Source: Phoronis australis (lineage: Eukaryota; Animalia; Phoronida). Taken from it: a stretch of 64,000 nt of DNA. This document shows positions 1 through 11,610 of the stretch, piece by piece. Positions within the stretch are counted from its first letter, which is position 1; each line of letters begins with the position of its first letter. Made by a program: the position numbers and the translations under genes. The notes under the pieces are model-generated. The model made no database searches, was not told the origin of the DNA, and worked only from the letters and a program-made list of their open reading frames with translations. The stretch spans positions 1,133,451 through 1,197,450 of the forward strand of contig NMRA01000026.1 in the NCBI GenBank assembly GCA_002633005.1, in the 5' to 3' direction.

Positions 1-857
1 GATAACACATAAATAGATACTGTTTTGACAACAATCTTGATCGACAGCCAGTGCAGCTTAACATAGCTATGGTGTACCCCCAAGGGAAACGGAAACGCAG
101 CGGGGGATGTTAATCAAACAGATACAGCGCATCGATCTCACGAAATCATATAATCTGATTACAAGATTCGAGTGTATTGTACAAAGTCATTGAAAGCTGA
201 CGTTGTGTTGCAACACTTGCGAGCCTAGTGACCAACAGAAAACAATCTTGTTTGTTAGAATACAGCTAATTGTTGCATGGCAAGGTGGGTGGTCCAGACA
301 CAATTTGAGTTAAAACACATTTTACACACTACTAATTTCCCTGCATTACTATCATGATATAACTAGACTTTAGTCTTTGAGATAGCTTTCAAATTTACGC
401 GTTTAATACTCTGCCAACCATTGCGTTAGTTAGATATTGTCAACCATTACGTTAGCTATAGATTTTTCTAAACACTTGTAAATATAATTTGGAAAAATAT
501 TAGCAAAATTTTGATTGTGTCGAACTTTAATGGGGAAATCAGACTAACCCAATGATGGTCCATAAACTTACCTACCAAACGAAAATATTGTCTAAAATAT
601 GTTGACTAAGCGATTGCTATTGGTCAGTCGTTTTCTTTTTCTTTTTTTAAATAATCTGAAGTCCTATAAATGACCAGTACCTGACATGGTGACCAGTACA
701 GTAGCTTCACTTATTTCTCAGCTGAAATGAGCATCATAAAAATTCTATTCAATAATTTGCATAATCTGTGCTGAATTGCTATGGTAAAACAACACTTCTT
801 TGTTACTAAATTTTTCATCATCTACAACTGAGTCAGCCTTCGAAAATTCTAAATTGG

Positions 858-1013
858 CAGTGCTGTAGCTGGGCGTAGACGCCCGTAGGCGCAGCCAACC
901 ACTTTTTAGCATTTGAACGTAGCGCCTACGCACCGTAAGTTACGTTCAGTGTTCAAGGTGACACGGTGGGCTTTGGGCGCCTACCTACCTCTAATTTTAC
1001 CACTACAGCACTG
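858..1013. mobile_element. hAT-type MITE, 156 bp
   Basis: TIR CAGTGCTGTAG / CTACAGCACTG; 8-bp TSD TAAATTGG / TAAATTGA; second copy at 38692-38848. Confidence 0.88.
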
Positions 1014-4000
1014 TAAATTGATCATTTCGGTAATCGTTTGTGAGTGAAATACTTGAAGAATCGCCGTAGAGGATGCATAAGCCAAGCAAGACATTCACAC
1101 GGTTTTCAAAACGAAAAGGACGTAAAGACTGGCACCCCAGGCCAATTAAAGTCTATACGTACAAACCAATCATTAGCCAAATATTGTTTGCAATCGTCGG
1201 TTTTTATGTTTGCTTCCTGAAATTATTAGCACTTGAACTGAGACGAGGGTTATCATCTTGAAAACCCCAAGTGGAAATGGTTGACTTTCCTCTTGTTTAG
1301 ATTTCCAGTTTCAATTTTTGAGAGCTCTAGGCCTATTTTAGTTGAAAGGCTTAGGCGGCTTTATTTGTCCAAAGTTGTCTTTAGGCAAATTTTGAAAAGA
1401 AAAAGTGGGCGTCCAAGAGCTTCGCGATTCACGTGAGAGAGCTAATGACGTGCCACCAGTAAAGTAGATAAATCTCAGCACTTCATTAACGTGTACCTGA
1501 AATAATGCGTAACCGGACTGAAATCTCTTCCTTGTCTTCTATTGTATTCTCATCAATGCGGTTAATGTACAAGGACTATAAGCGCTTTTATTAACGACGT
1601 ATAATCTTAAGTAAATTACGATTTGCCGCTTTTGCTGCTAAAAATAACACCATTCAAACATTTCTTAATCACGACTAGTGATCGATCTGTATGGTTTACT
1701 GAGGCATTTACTTATAAATATCTTTTCGATTTAAAATAATTATTTGGGCTTAGCACCGAATCAACTTACTAGATGCTCTCAGCTCGCTTTCAACTACTGG
1801 AATATGGAGTGGCGTGTTTTCGCCAAAAGTCATGCCCAAATCCCGCAACTTAGACTACGCTGGAGCGCCTGTAAGATAATTATATGAAATTCAAAGTGAA
1901 GGCCAATATCTCATTATAAACCATAGGAACAAAGCCGAGTAAAGCGATTTCGGTAATAAGCCAAATAACAAAAGCGTAAATACAATGCTTCGTCACCATG
2001 GCAACTATTGGTTCACCATAAGTTTCCTTTTCGAGAGTCGACTGGATTTAGCCGACCACTTGCAATGGAACTTGTTACATGGGCTTCGCTTGTGCTCGGC
2101 TGATTCCGTGTGCTCTGTCAGCAGCCGGCCAGCTCGCGTGTGGCCAGAAACGCAGTCGGTCTATCACCGTTACTATCCGACTTATGGATCGTGTGTGTCT
2201 ATCTGTTCCACTGCCCAGATATTTTTGCAGTGATCAAAAGAAGTGTTAGATAACCAACAAGTAGGCTCCGTAACCACCACTGTGAACAGGGCTCTCCCGG
2301 AGCGAAGAAGTTAAACACATCAATTAGCACTAATAAGTGAAAGCACCGATTTGTGCACAGGTAAAGACACACCTGTGTTTTGTTATTGAAACAAAAGCAT
2401 GATCTAACCAGCATTTCATTTGGTCAAAGTGTGAAATGCTCTCCATTATCTTAGCAATACGTGGGGTAAACTGGTCCAGTAAATGAGTATTGTTCCAAGA
2501 GGAGACGGTAGTTGGTCGATAGGAAAGGAATCTTCGAGGAGATATTTATCGCTGCATTTCCTAATAATCGATTATTGGTAATTAATTAGCCAGTTAGTGT
2601 AACGTGAGCGGCCCGATTGAAGACAGGGTTCAGCGGAAGGTGGTTAGGCACACGTATGCCCCCAAAGGCGCTTGACGAAAATCATCAGTTACAAACACAT
2701 CAAAGCAAAAACAAACAAATCATTCTCACGCCAACCAAAAGGTTATTTCTCTAAATCCTGGATGAAATGGTGCTTGGATCTTTTTGTCTTGGCCTCAAGC
2801 ACCTCTGTCGTGTCAATTTACTGTCGATTTGAGATTGTCGATTTCAGTTTTTATAAACAACGGAGTGAAAATAAAAACCAGTGCTGTCGTGAAAAACGCC
2901 TGAAAATGAATAAATTCCAACAGCGTTAAATTTTACTGATCTCGGGTAGTCACAGACTTGACGTACTCGATGACGTTAACTCCCGGGCAGTGTTGTTGAT
3001 GAACCCGGACATGCTAATGTTAGTTCCGTGAAGACGATGACAGATCACACAATTAAGATTTCTTAATCTTGGACACTAACTTCATTGAGTAAAAACAGGA
3101 TGCAAGTCTGTCCCACAAAGTGCTATTGAACCAGCAGTCTTTAGTTTGGACCACTTTTTCATTAAAGGAACACTGTCTGTTCTAGAGCCGCGTCGAGTTC
3201 TATTGTTGGGAAAAACAAATATCCTGAAGTCATTGACTTTGACCAGATGTAGTTTAAACAATAAATGACCGTTGCAGCGTTTTTGCAGTTTTATTAGAAA
3301 TCCCCGACGTCAGCTTCCTGCATTTGATAGAATTGATTGAAATCGAGGCCAGTGGCCTTAACAGTTAAATATGTTTAAATACTGAGCTATTCGTCACATT
3401 GGCTTTTAACTCTATATTGCAAAGCGTTGGTCAGCTACCGCTTAGGTCGTTGGTTCTGTTCTGTCGTGGGCTGACGTTAGAAATAGTCAACATTGTCTCC
3501 GATAATGTCCCTGTAAATGGCCTAATAGTGTGGACTATTGGTCCCTAGACAGTGTAGAGGCATACAAAAGTCATACCATCGCGTTTAATAAAAAATTGTT
3601 TTTATTCAGATAGATGAAAATCGTATGACAGATCACCCGAAGCTGCTGCAGGCGTCAGTGGTTCAGTGAGTATTCGTCGATGTACTGGTACAGAGACCAT
3701 GAGAACAATAGACTTAGCGTTACGTAGGGAAGAAAACCTAAACATTGTTTAACTTAACGAGTAATCCTTTGACTTACACAAGTGAATATCGTGAACCCGA
3801 AACCACTCACAGGGCGTGAAAGTGCGATCGTGCCTGATGGTGCGGCGTTCGATTCCGTAAACACAGAAAGCTGTCACCAGTAAACAATACGCATCAAAAT
3901 GGAATTTTTCATTAACTTTTCACCCTCGTTTCCTTGAAAGCCAGGCTCCAACAACTTGTCAACAGACGGGTTCCAAATGGACGGAGTGGCATTTGTTTCA

Positions 4001-5309
4001 TTCATCATTTCTTTGTTGAGAATACCAATGATTTATGTTAAAAAAGACATTCCTACACCCTTTGCAACGTAAAAGGGCTTTCAATATATTCCCATCACTT
4101 TCATATTTCTGAAAGACAATGGCATAAGGATAGCTACCAATTTCACAGCCGAGATCTAAACTCAGTCGAACTTGATGGTCATCAAACTGTTTCGGAATAA
4201 ACAAAGTGTATTTCTGGACACAGACAGGCTCAAAACGAAATTTGCAAAACTGAATAAAACGCATGGCCGATTTTCATATTAAACAAAAGTGACATTAGTG
4301 CTAAGCCCACTCCTTGAGACAGAGTTATTTTCTTACGTTCGTCAGCATCCACGGGGATTTGAAAACATTTAGCATAATCCATAAAACAGAGGTCATTCAA
4401 GGTTCGTCGCATTTGGACCCACACAGTGCAAATTTCACACGCATTCCGTTTCCAGATCTGTTGAATTTTTTGTTTCGAGCGTCGTCAGAAAAGGCGAGCT
4501 TGAAATGCGGCGCGGGGTCGTTACTGGCGCCCTGTTTAATTAGTTGTAAATATTTGGCCTTGTTCGGAAACGTGATTAATACCTGACATTCTACATTGTC
4601 AAGCGTTGTCGAAGGTATATTCAACTGAATGGAAATCGCCTTTTAGTACAACAGATCATGACGCGGTGTTTCATTTTGCTCTGTGTTTGGGTTGAAACAG
4701 TCGCGAATGTAAAATATTTATCTAGAGGAAACAAATTGCTTCTAACATGTTAATACTTTCAAGAACAGAAGGAGTTTTAGAATGCAAGAGCAAGAGACAT
4801 CAAAGAGAACTGAAGCCCACCTAACAGGGACGCCATGCGTTGTTACAGAACACGGAAAAATAAATTCACAGAGAAGTCGTTCTCAGTCATTTTACAACCT
4901 CAAACGATGGAGATAGAAGTGGGCTATTTAGAACCCATCTGGAAACTATTTCGGATAATGGGTATTGCTGGTCGGTACCTCTCAAAAGACGCCATTAGTG
5001 CGCGTTCAAATTGCTGAATGCTTTCTTAGCAAATATCATAAAATGCTAAGTGAGTGAACATGCTGATTAATGTTCTAATCAATGTGTATTCTAGTCAGAT
5101 CTGAAATGTTACATTTTTCCAATCATCGTTCATCCGCCATTTCTTTCATCAAAATCTGTGACGTCAGAGCAGTGCTACCCTAATGAGATGTTTAAAACGC
5201 AATTGATTTTTTTCGAGATACTGTTTCCAGTGATTTAAAGGCTGGTTGCCTGTAGTAGACTGTGGTAGGTGGTTCGTGGAATTGGAATTTGAAGACCGAT
5301 TTTTTCATT

Positions 5310-5659
5310 TTAACCCGCATTTCACCCTGTTTAAATCAGACTAAGAACGAAAATTGAATTAGGCCTTTTATTCTCATGAAATTCACCTGATAATGTTTCT
5401 TGTCGAGATAGGGTCGCATTTTCGTTACCAACTTGAGTCATACACAATGTGCACATGCGCCATTTTTGAATTCGCAATTTTAGGGTTGACCATCTCCAAT
5501 AAACTCTGAAGAGTGAGTCGTTGATGGTGTCGATGTTCTTGTTGGTAAAGGGAATGATGAAATCTTATCACGGTACAGAACTTTATGAGATCTTAGAGTA
5601 AAATTCGCAATTCCATTTTCGTTTGTTACCCAGCTAAACAGGGTGACATGTACCTTTAA
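5310..5659. mobile_element. Degenerate TTAA-flanked MITE (Kolobok-like)
   Basis: TCACCCTGTTTA near 5322 pairs with TAAACAGGGTGA near 5635; right end GTACCT-TTAA. Confidence 0.4.
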
Positions 5660-6204
5660 TAGTTGTCACAAAGTGCTGAAAGCAATTTTGTGCGACAAAA
5701 AGCTCTGCTCATAAAATTAAGTTCAAACTGACAGATTTTATCAGCACTTGATGCGTATATTTAGTCGCGTATGTTCATGAATAACAAGAATTAGAAAAGT
5801 ATGTAGATATTGATATAAAATCAAAATACCATGCTTGAATTTACAAGTAAAGAAATTGTGTTTATCATTTAAAGATTTCAACTTACTTTTATTTTGCCTC
5901 GTATATTTATATAACCCCCACTCGCCTCATTCGAGCCTTTTTTCTCTTTGTAATCATTATGGTACACTTAGAAGAATGCTTGGCAATAACTGCGGATAAA
6001 AATGGATTAACGGGTTTACAGCCGAAAAACGTTTCTGAGGATTATTGTTCAATAAGAAAGACTTCTTGAGGTTATTAGCTTTGACCAGAGCTACAAAATA
6101 ACATAATCCGCTGTGTGTTTGTAATTTTATTATGAATAGACAAGTTTCGCCGTTGTATGCCAGATATTCTTTGATAGATATGCTCTTTGCATTTATCATT
6201 TGCA

Positions 6205-6255
6205 GGTGGCAGAGTGCAAGAGTGTTAACCCGTGATGTGGGTTCGATTCCGCGTT
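6205..6255 (+). mobile_element. Degenerate tRNA-derived SINE head
   Basis: Box A-like TGGCAGAGTGC and box B GGTTCGATTCC (6240-6250), with the same GTGGGTTCGATTCCGC context as the 51.3-kb head. Confidence 0.4.
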
Positions 6256-9200
6256 ACCGCTATGACATACAAATGTGTACGTTGGCAGCAAATTTTTACC
6301 TTTCTATACGCTTTCACCCCAATTGTTTCAGATTTCTCTCCTCTGACGATGACGATTGTTGTGATGAAAAATCCAGGATTAAGTGTATATTGTGTATCCA
6401 TAAATTTCTATCTCCTCTGTGTTAGCTATGGATGACTGGTAGGTGTTGCATTGCGCGCCACAACGTGTTTCTTACCAAGGGTATGAGAGTGCGATGAACG
6501 AAGGTTAAGTTAGAATCCACACAAGTCACTGTAGTGATTAATATACAAATGACAAAAAAAATGTCATTTTAATGAAAATTTGAGCATATTCAGGTTAATA
6601 AAGGAACAAACTACAACCCATAAAAATGGAAATGTCAACTCCTACTTTTCAGACTCTGTCGCATTCTTGCACTTGATGACCTCAAAATATAGGCAAATTC
6701 CTTTACGAGAAAACATAAAAACGCCTGGCCTTCTGATTCGGTACTAAATGTCACTTAGGTGGGGAAAAGATGTTAAATTAAGTAGGAGTACGGCGTCTGA
6801 TTGGCGATGTGGCTCAGTTCTACCTGAGACAGCTTACATTCCGGGAACGTGGATGAAAAATGACCATTTATGATGTATTGGTTAATTTTAGTGCGTTTGC
6901 ACGCTTGATTGTCAGCTTACTATTGAAGCAGTGCTAACGATTTGATTGAAGAGTTTCACGAAACAGACGATACGTTTTTTGAGATTACCCAGGCACGTGA
7001 CTCTGAAATGTTAGTCATTTCACGTAATAACAGGTGTAGCGTTTTAGCATTGGGATGTCTTTTCAAGGTAGTTGCAATTGTTTAAGTTTGTTTTGCAATG
7101 TAATTGGTGTTATGCGGTATTTTCTAATGATTGAAAAATGAGGTAAAATGCAATTGAGTTTTGAGCAGATTTCAGATTTGACGAGAAAACGTTTTGGCAA
7201 TGTCAAAAATCTCTTTTTGTTGAAGATATTGCGTTCTGAGTGCAACTCGAAGCAAAGCCTGAACCGCGATTAGTTGTGATCTGGACATTTGCAGAAAACG
7301 AGACTCAAATGGAATAGCAGTTTATTTGAGGGTCTGACAATCAACATTTCGAAGTATAAAAGGAGATCAATTTTCAAGCGGGCGTTTATAGATGTCATTG
7401 CGCGCAGTTAAAGGTGTATTATTTAATTGAATCCTTGTTATCTAGAGCGCCGAGGTACAAGGCCATCGACGTGACTTCAGTCCGATTTCTGACCTGAACG
7501 TGTTCAAAGTATTTTAGACTCTTTTATCACTTCGGAAGAGAGTTTATAACGTCGTGTAAACAAATGTCGTGGTAACAATAACTTGTTCTTTAAGGTGGAC
7601 GTCTATTGTTGTCCGTTATGTTAGACTTGTCAAAATATAAATATAGAAAGGAATTCCACAAAGACTGTTGCTTTCGTTACAGTGGCTTTAAATTCTTTAT
7701 GTATATTGTATATAGCCATAAACGAAACAAACTAGAGTTTTATTGGTTAAAAACTTACCTCCGTCTTTCACTCGCAAGCGGAACGCATTGCTAAAAATCA
7801 CAATTTTTAAGCCACACCATCAAGACAGTGTAAGAACAATATGTGTGTTGACGTAAGTCGCTCTGTTTGCTTTGACTAACGGCTGATATATTTCAAGTTT
7901 CTAACATTTCCAATCCATTGTCCAAAACAATTAAACAAGTGCCGTAAATGAGTGACAATAAAAAATATGCGAATAATAGAAATATTTGATTGCTTTAGTG
8001 GCAAATTACAAATGATAGGGAAGCACTTAAGAGGTTGAATGTAGATAGAGTACGCCTTATTCAAATCTAATATTATTTTAAGACATATGATAGTACTAGA
8101 TATTTGCAAGAGTAATTATACAATAGGCGAGGGGCTGAACTGGAAGACAAATAAACGCGCGCCGACCTCCACGGTTGATGTTTTTGTTGGATAATATTTA
8201 TACAGAGGTTTCACAGCAAAGACCTTAAATACCTTGGCAGTGGCTCCTCGTCAGTCTTTTCAACGAGTCTTTACAGTGAGCAGAACTCATTGAAAAAGAC
8301 ACACATAACAAATATGTTGGTAAACTCGGTCCGCTTGTACTTGAAAATCCGTGTCAGTGACCAATCAAAAACGCGCTAAGGCGACTGAGAAAGTTGCCCA
8401 TTGTTTTTCTTGTCTAAGCATTCTATCAATCAATAGGCAGTAAGTGACAAATCGTACGTCCCCCTGTGCGCAAAGACCTGTAGCCAAACGGCCGTCTTCT
8501 CGTCTAGACAACAAGTCGCTGGCTCGCTCCATACACATGACCGGTCGGAACTCATCGATACGCTTATAAAAGCCCATTCATAGCGCACGTCAGTCAGTAT
8601 TCGTGATACCTCTTGTACTGTAGTACCGGATGGTAGCATGCCGTGCGCGTAGCATCACAGCGTGTTTGTTCGTCAGTTACAAATTCATGCCGAAGTAGGA
8701 ATAATGCAATCATAGTTTGGCTACAGAAGAGTAATTTTTACGATTTAGCTGCAGTTTCTCGGGATAACATTACACCGAGGAATTTGACTAACTGGACTAT
8801 TCTCTGTGTGAATTCGTATTACGTCCCGTTTGCCACACACGATTGGATCTGGGAACCTGGGAACGTAAATATTTGTGGGACGAACTGTTATATGTTTGGA
8901 CATTTACACGTCATCGACAGCATTTCCGTGATTTGATGGCATGCAGATAAGACAACAGTGGTATGTATAGCTTTTCTCTTGTCATGTATTTATAGTTTTG
9001 GTTTTAGTTCGCGGTTGGTTAACTAAAGAAAATTATACAAATCTATGATACAAACACGTATCAATTTCAAGGTTTTACCACTGAGCTTGATTGGCAGGAG
9101 TCAAACCATGTAAAGCTCAATAACATGGTCCTGTGTGATAATCAGATTATGACTAGCGTACTCGCTTTCCATTTGCACGAACCCATTAAGACATGGAAAT

Positions 9201-9949
9201 GTGTGAATGTGGATTAGTTCAGAACGAAAAGGCGTCAAGAGAATTTCCATCGCAATTTCCAAGCTGTTAAGTAATTCTGCACTTTGTAACAATTGAATTT
9301 TCAACGCAAAATGTTGCTTTGCACAAGCTTACTCAATGTGGCAGGCCGTCATGGCTTAGATGATACTGAACGTATCCGAACTTTCCCAAGTGATAAGTGA
9401 CAATGACGTTAGGTAATAATGACATTTGCCAATAACACATCAACCACAAGCTATTCAAGCATGTCAGATTAACATAGTCTCTTTAGTTCATTTTGTACCT
9501 TGTAGCTAAAGCTAAATTTCCACCTACAAAACTAATTCAACAAAACTTTGCTGCCTACGCGCCAGGTCGGCACTATATGTTGTTTCTTGAACAAAATGTA
9601 AGCAACGTCCTCGTTCCTGTGATCCGCCACAAACACAGGTTAACATTTGCCGTGACAGTCATAAACTTGTTTTATCAATGAATTTAGTGTGTCAACCGCG
9701 GCTGACAACTGCTCGTGTAAACTGTTCATGGAATTTGCAGAACAATGAGCGCAAACGGACTGACAATAGCAATCTGCACAGTTAGTGACAAAGTTGTGGA
9801 TTATTTAATCTGCCTTCGCGGGCTAAATAGAACGGGAAGCCATAGCAGGCATTCATGTGGATTTGCGCGCCCGGGCTGCCAGAGTTGATTTATGCGATCA
9901 AATTTAAAAGTAATGCTTTCGAATCGCCATGGAGCAGTACGTTACAGTT

Positions 9950-10070
9950 GTAAGTAACATTTCGCTGACATTCATTTTGATCATTAAATACGAATAATCG
10001 CTTAACTTGTCACGGTTAAGAATGTCATTGGTTCGTTGTCTTTTCGCTGACATGCTTTTTGTTATTTCAG
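9950..10070 (+). other. Putative 5'-UTR intron of noggin (121 nt)
   Basis: Donor GTT|GTAAGT at 9950, branch-like GCTGAC near 10046, pyrimidine tract and TTTCAG| at 10070, 17 nt before the ATG. Confidence 0.65.
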
Positions 10071-10087
10071 AACTGACAGAGTCGACC

Positions 10088-10837
10088 ATGTGGGTTAAAG
10101 AAGCTATTTTACTGCTTGTAGCTGTTATCAGCCAAGTTGTGCAGTGCGCAGATTTGGGACTTGCATTTGCGAGGAGATCATTACCTGTATACATAAGAAG
10201 AAAAATACCAACGTCGAAATCCATATTTGACTCTCTCCGTCCTTCTGAGGAATTACCGGTGTTTCCCTTAGTAGGCTTATCGGAAAACCAAGACTCGCGA
10301 CTTGACCCGTCCGCGAAAGACTTGGATCAAACGACACTTATGAATTTACTTGGAGATAACTATGACCACGAATTCATGTCTGTGGTAAGACCCATTGAAA
10401 GTATTACAAAACCAAACGGTACGTTAAATTATAGATTCAAGAAAGGTATGCGTCCAAAGGGGGAGATGCCAAAAGAAATCAAGAAATTACGATTAAAAAA
10501 TATCAGACTACCCGATGGACCTTCTCTGAAAACAAAATTTGGCAAAAGGACCAGGCAAAAGATCCAGAGGTTCCTCTGGGTCTACAGTTACTGTCCCGTG
10601 CGCTACACATGGACGGACTTAGGCAAGAGATACTGGCCTCGGTGGATAAAATTGGGTCGATGTGACAATAGCAAGCCGTGCTCTATTCCAGCTGGAATGA
10701 AATGTAGCAAAAAATCGTCAGCTAAAAAAACAATACTTCGGTGGGTTTGTAAGCGAAGTATGAATAAAGTTATCAGAAATTGTAGATGGGCCCCCATGCC
10801 AATTTCTACGATAACCGAGTGTAAATGCGGCTGCTAG
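10088..10837 (+). CDS. NOG: Noggin, secreted BMP antagonist (canonical type), 249 aa, CDS without introns
   Basis: ATG at 10088 (GACCATGT) followed by a hydrophobic signal peptide; clip-like segment LRPSEELPVFPLVGLSENQDSRLDPSAKDLDQTTLMNLLGDNYDHEFMS; basic patch KTKFGKRTRQKIQRFLW; CPVRYTWTDLGKRYWPRWIKLGRC; 9 C-terminal Cys ending ECKCGC*. No long insertion between Cys5 and Cys6, so not noggin-like (nlg). The ORF-track start at 10007 is a TTG inside a probable intron. Confidence 0.96.
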   Translation: MWVKEAILLLVAVISQVVQCADLGLAFARRSLPVYIRRKIPTSKSIFDSLRPSEELPVFPLVGLSENQDSRLDPSAKDLDQTTLMNLLGDNYDHEFMSVVRPIESITKPNGTLNYRFKKGMRPKGEMPKEIKKLRLKNIRLPDGPSLKTKFGKRTRQKIQRFLWVYSYCPVRYTWTDLGKRYWPRWIKLGRCDNSKPCSIPAGMKCSKKSSAKKTILRWVCKRSMNKVIRNCRWAPMPISTITECKCGC

Positions 10838-11572
10838 TCTACAATGCAGTGGATTTCGTGAAGAAAAATCTCTGTACCATTAGGTCTCAACCGTTGGCCT
10901 TATCTTCAGCTGAGACGAAGAGTATAGTTAACAGTAAACTGTACGCAGCAGTTGTAAAATGTGTGGATATTCGGGGTACAAATTCGTCTGCCAACCCCAA
11001 ATTCGCTAGTCAGGCGTTCTCTGCAAGGTGCCATGTAATGTGTAGGGTTACCCTGGAAACTACAGGAAAAGATAGCTTGAAATGACGGTTCTTACCGACT
11101 ATGCGCATTGTCGTAGTGACACTTTTAACAAGCGTTTAGTTACGGACTTGTTGTGGACAAGTTGTGCATTTAAACGTGGTACTGAGAAGGGTGTACTTAT
11201 ACTGTTATCGCTGAATCAGTTTAAGTACAATTCTTATGCTTTATATGTCTACAAAGACACAGATTAATGAGATTGAGGCTAAGTTCAAGCAATAATTTAG
11301 CTTGCGAAGTGCAAGAACTGGTCGAAACGCTTAACGTTTCTGTCATCAAGTATGAATTGTCGCACGAACATACCTCTGCGAATTTTGGTGTTCATAAACG
11401 GCAAACATGTCAAATTATAATTAAAGTATTTATTGTAAGATATAATTTATTTGACCATATGTGTATTTGCAGAGAAAAGTGCCAAGCCGGGACACATGTT
11501 GATGTCTAGTAATGCGTCCTATATTTAATGTTTTATTCATAAATTATTTCTCTATCAAATGCATTGAACACA

Positions 11573-11610
11573 TGTAAATACAGATTCATAGTTTTGTTAT
11601 AAGAAATAAA
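11573..11610 (+). promoter_or_regulatory. noggin 3'-end signals: Pumilio element TGTAAATA (11573-11580) and poly(A) signal AATAAA (11605-11610)
   Basis: Motifs read directly; AU-rich stretch with ATTTA cores upstream and a T/GT-rich tract downstream near 11633-11645. Confidence 0.55.

Noticed and set aside
3350-3480. Possible mollusc-type SINE core (GGTCAGCTACCGCTTAGGTCGTTGGTTC)
   Set aside because: Only a short resemblance from memory; no clear Pol III head or TSD.
3998-4624. Overlapping minus-strand ORFs as a frameshifted gene
   Set aside because: No recognisable motifs; looks like non-coding regulatory DNA.
10007-10087. N-terminal extension of noggin in the ORF track
   Set aside because: TTG start inside a probable intron; the signal peptide begins at ATG 10088.
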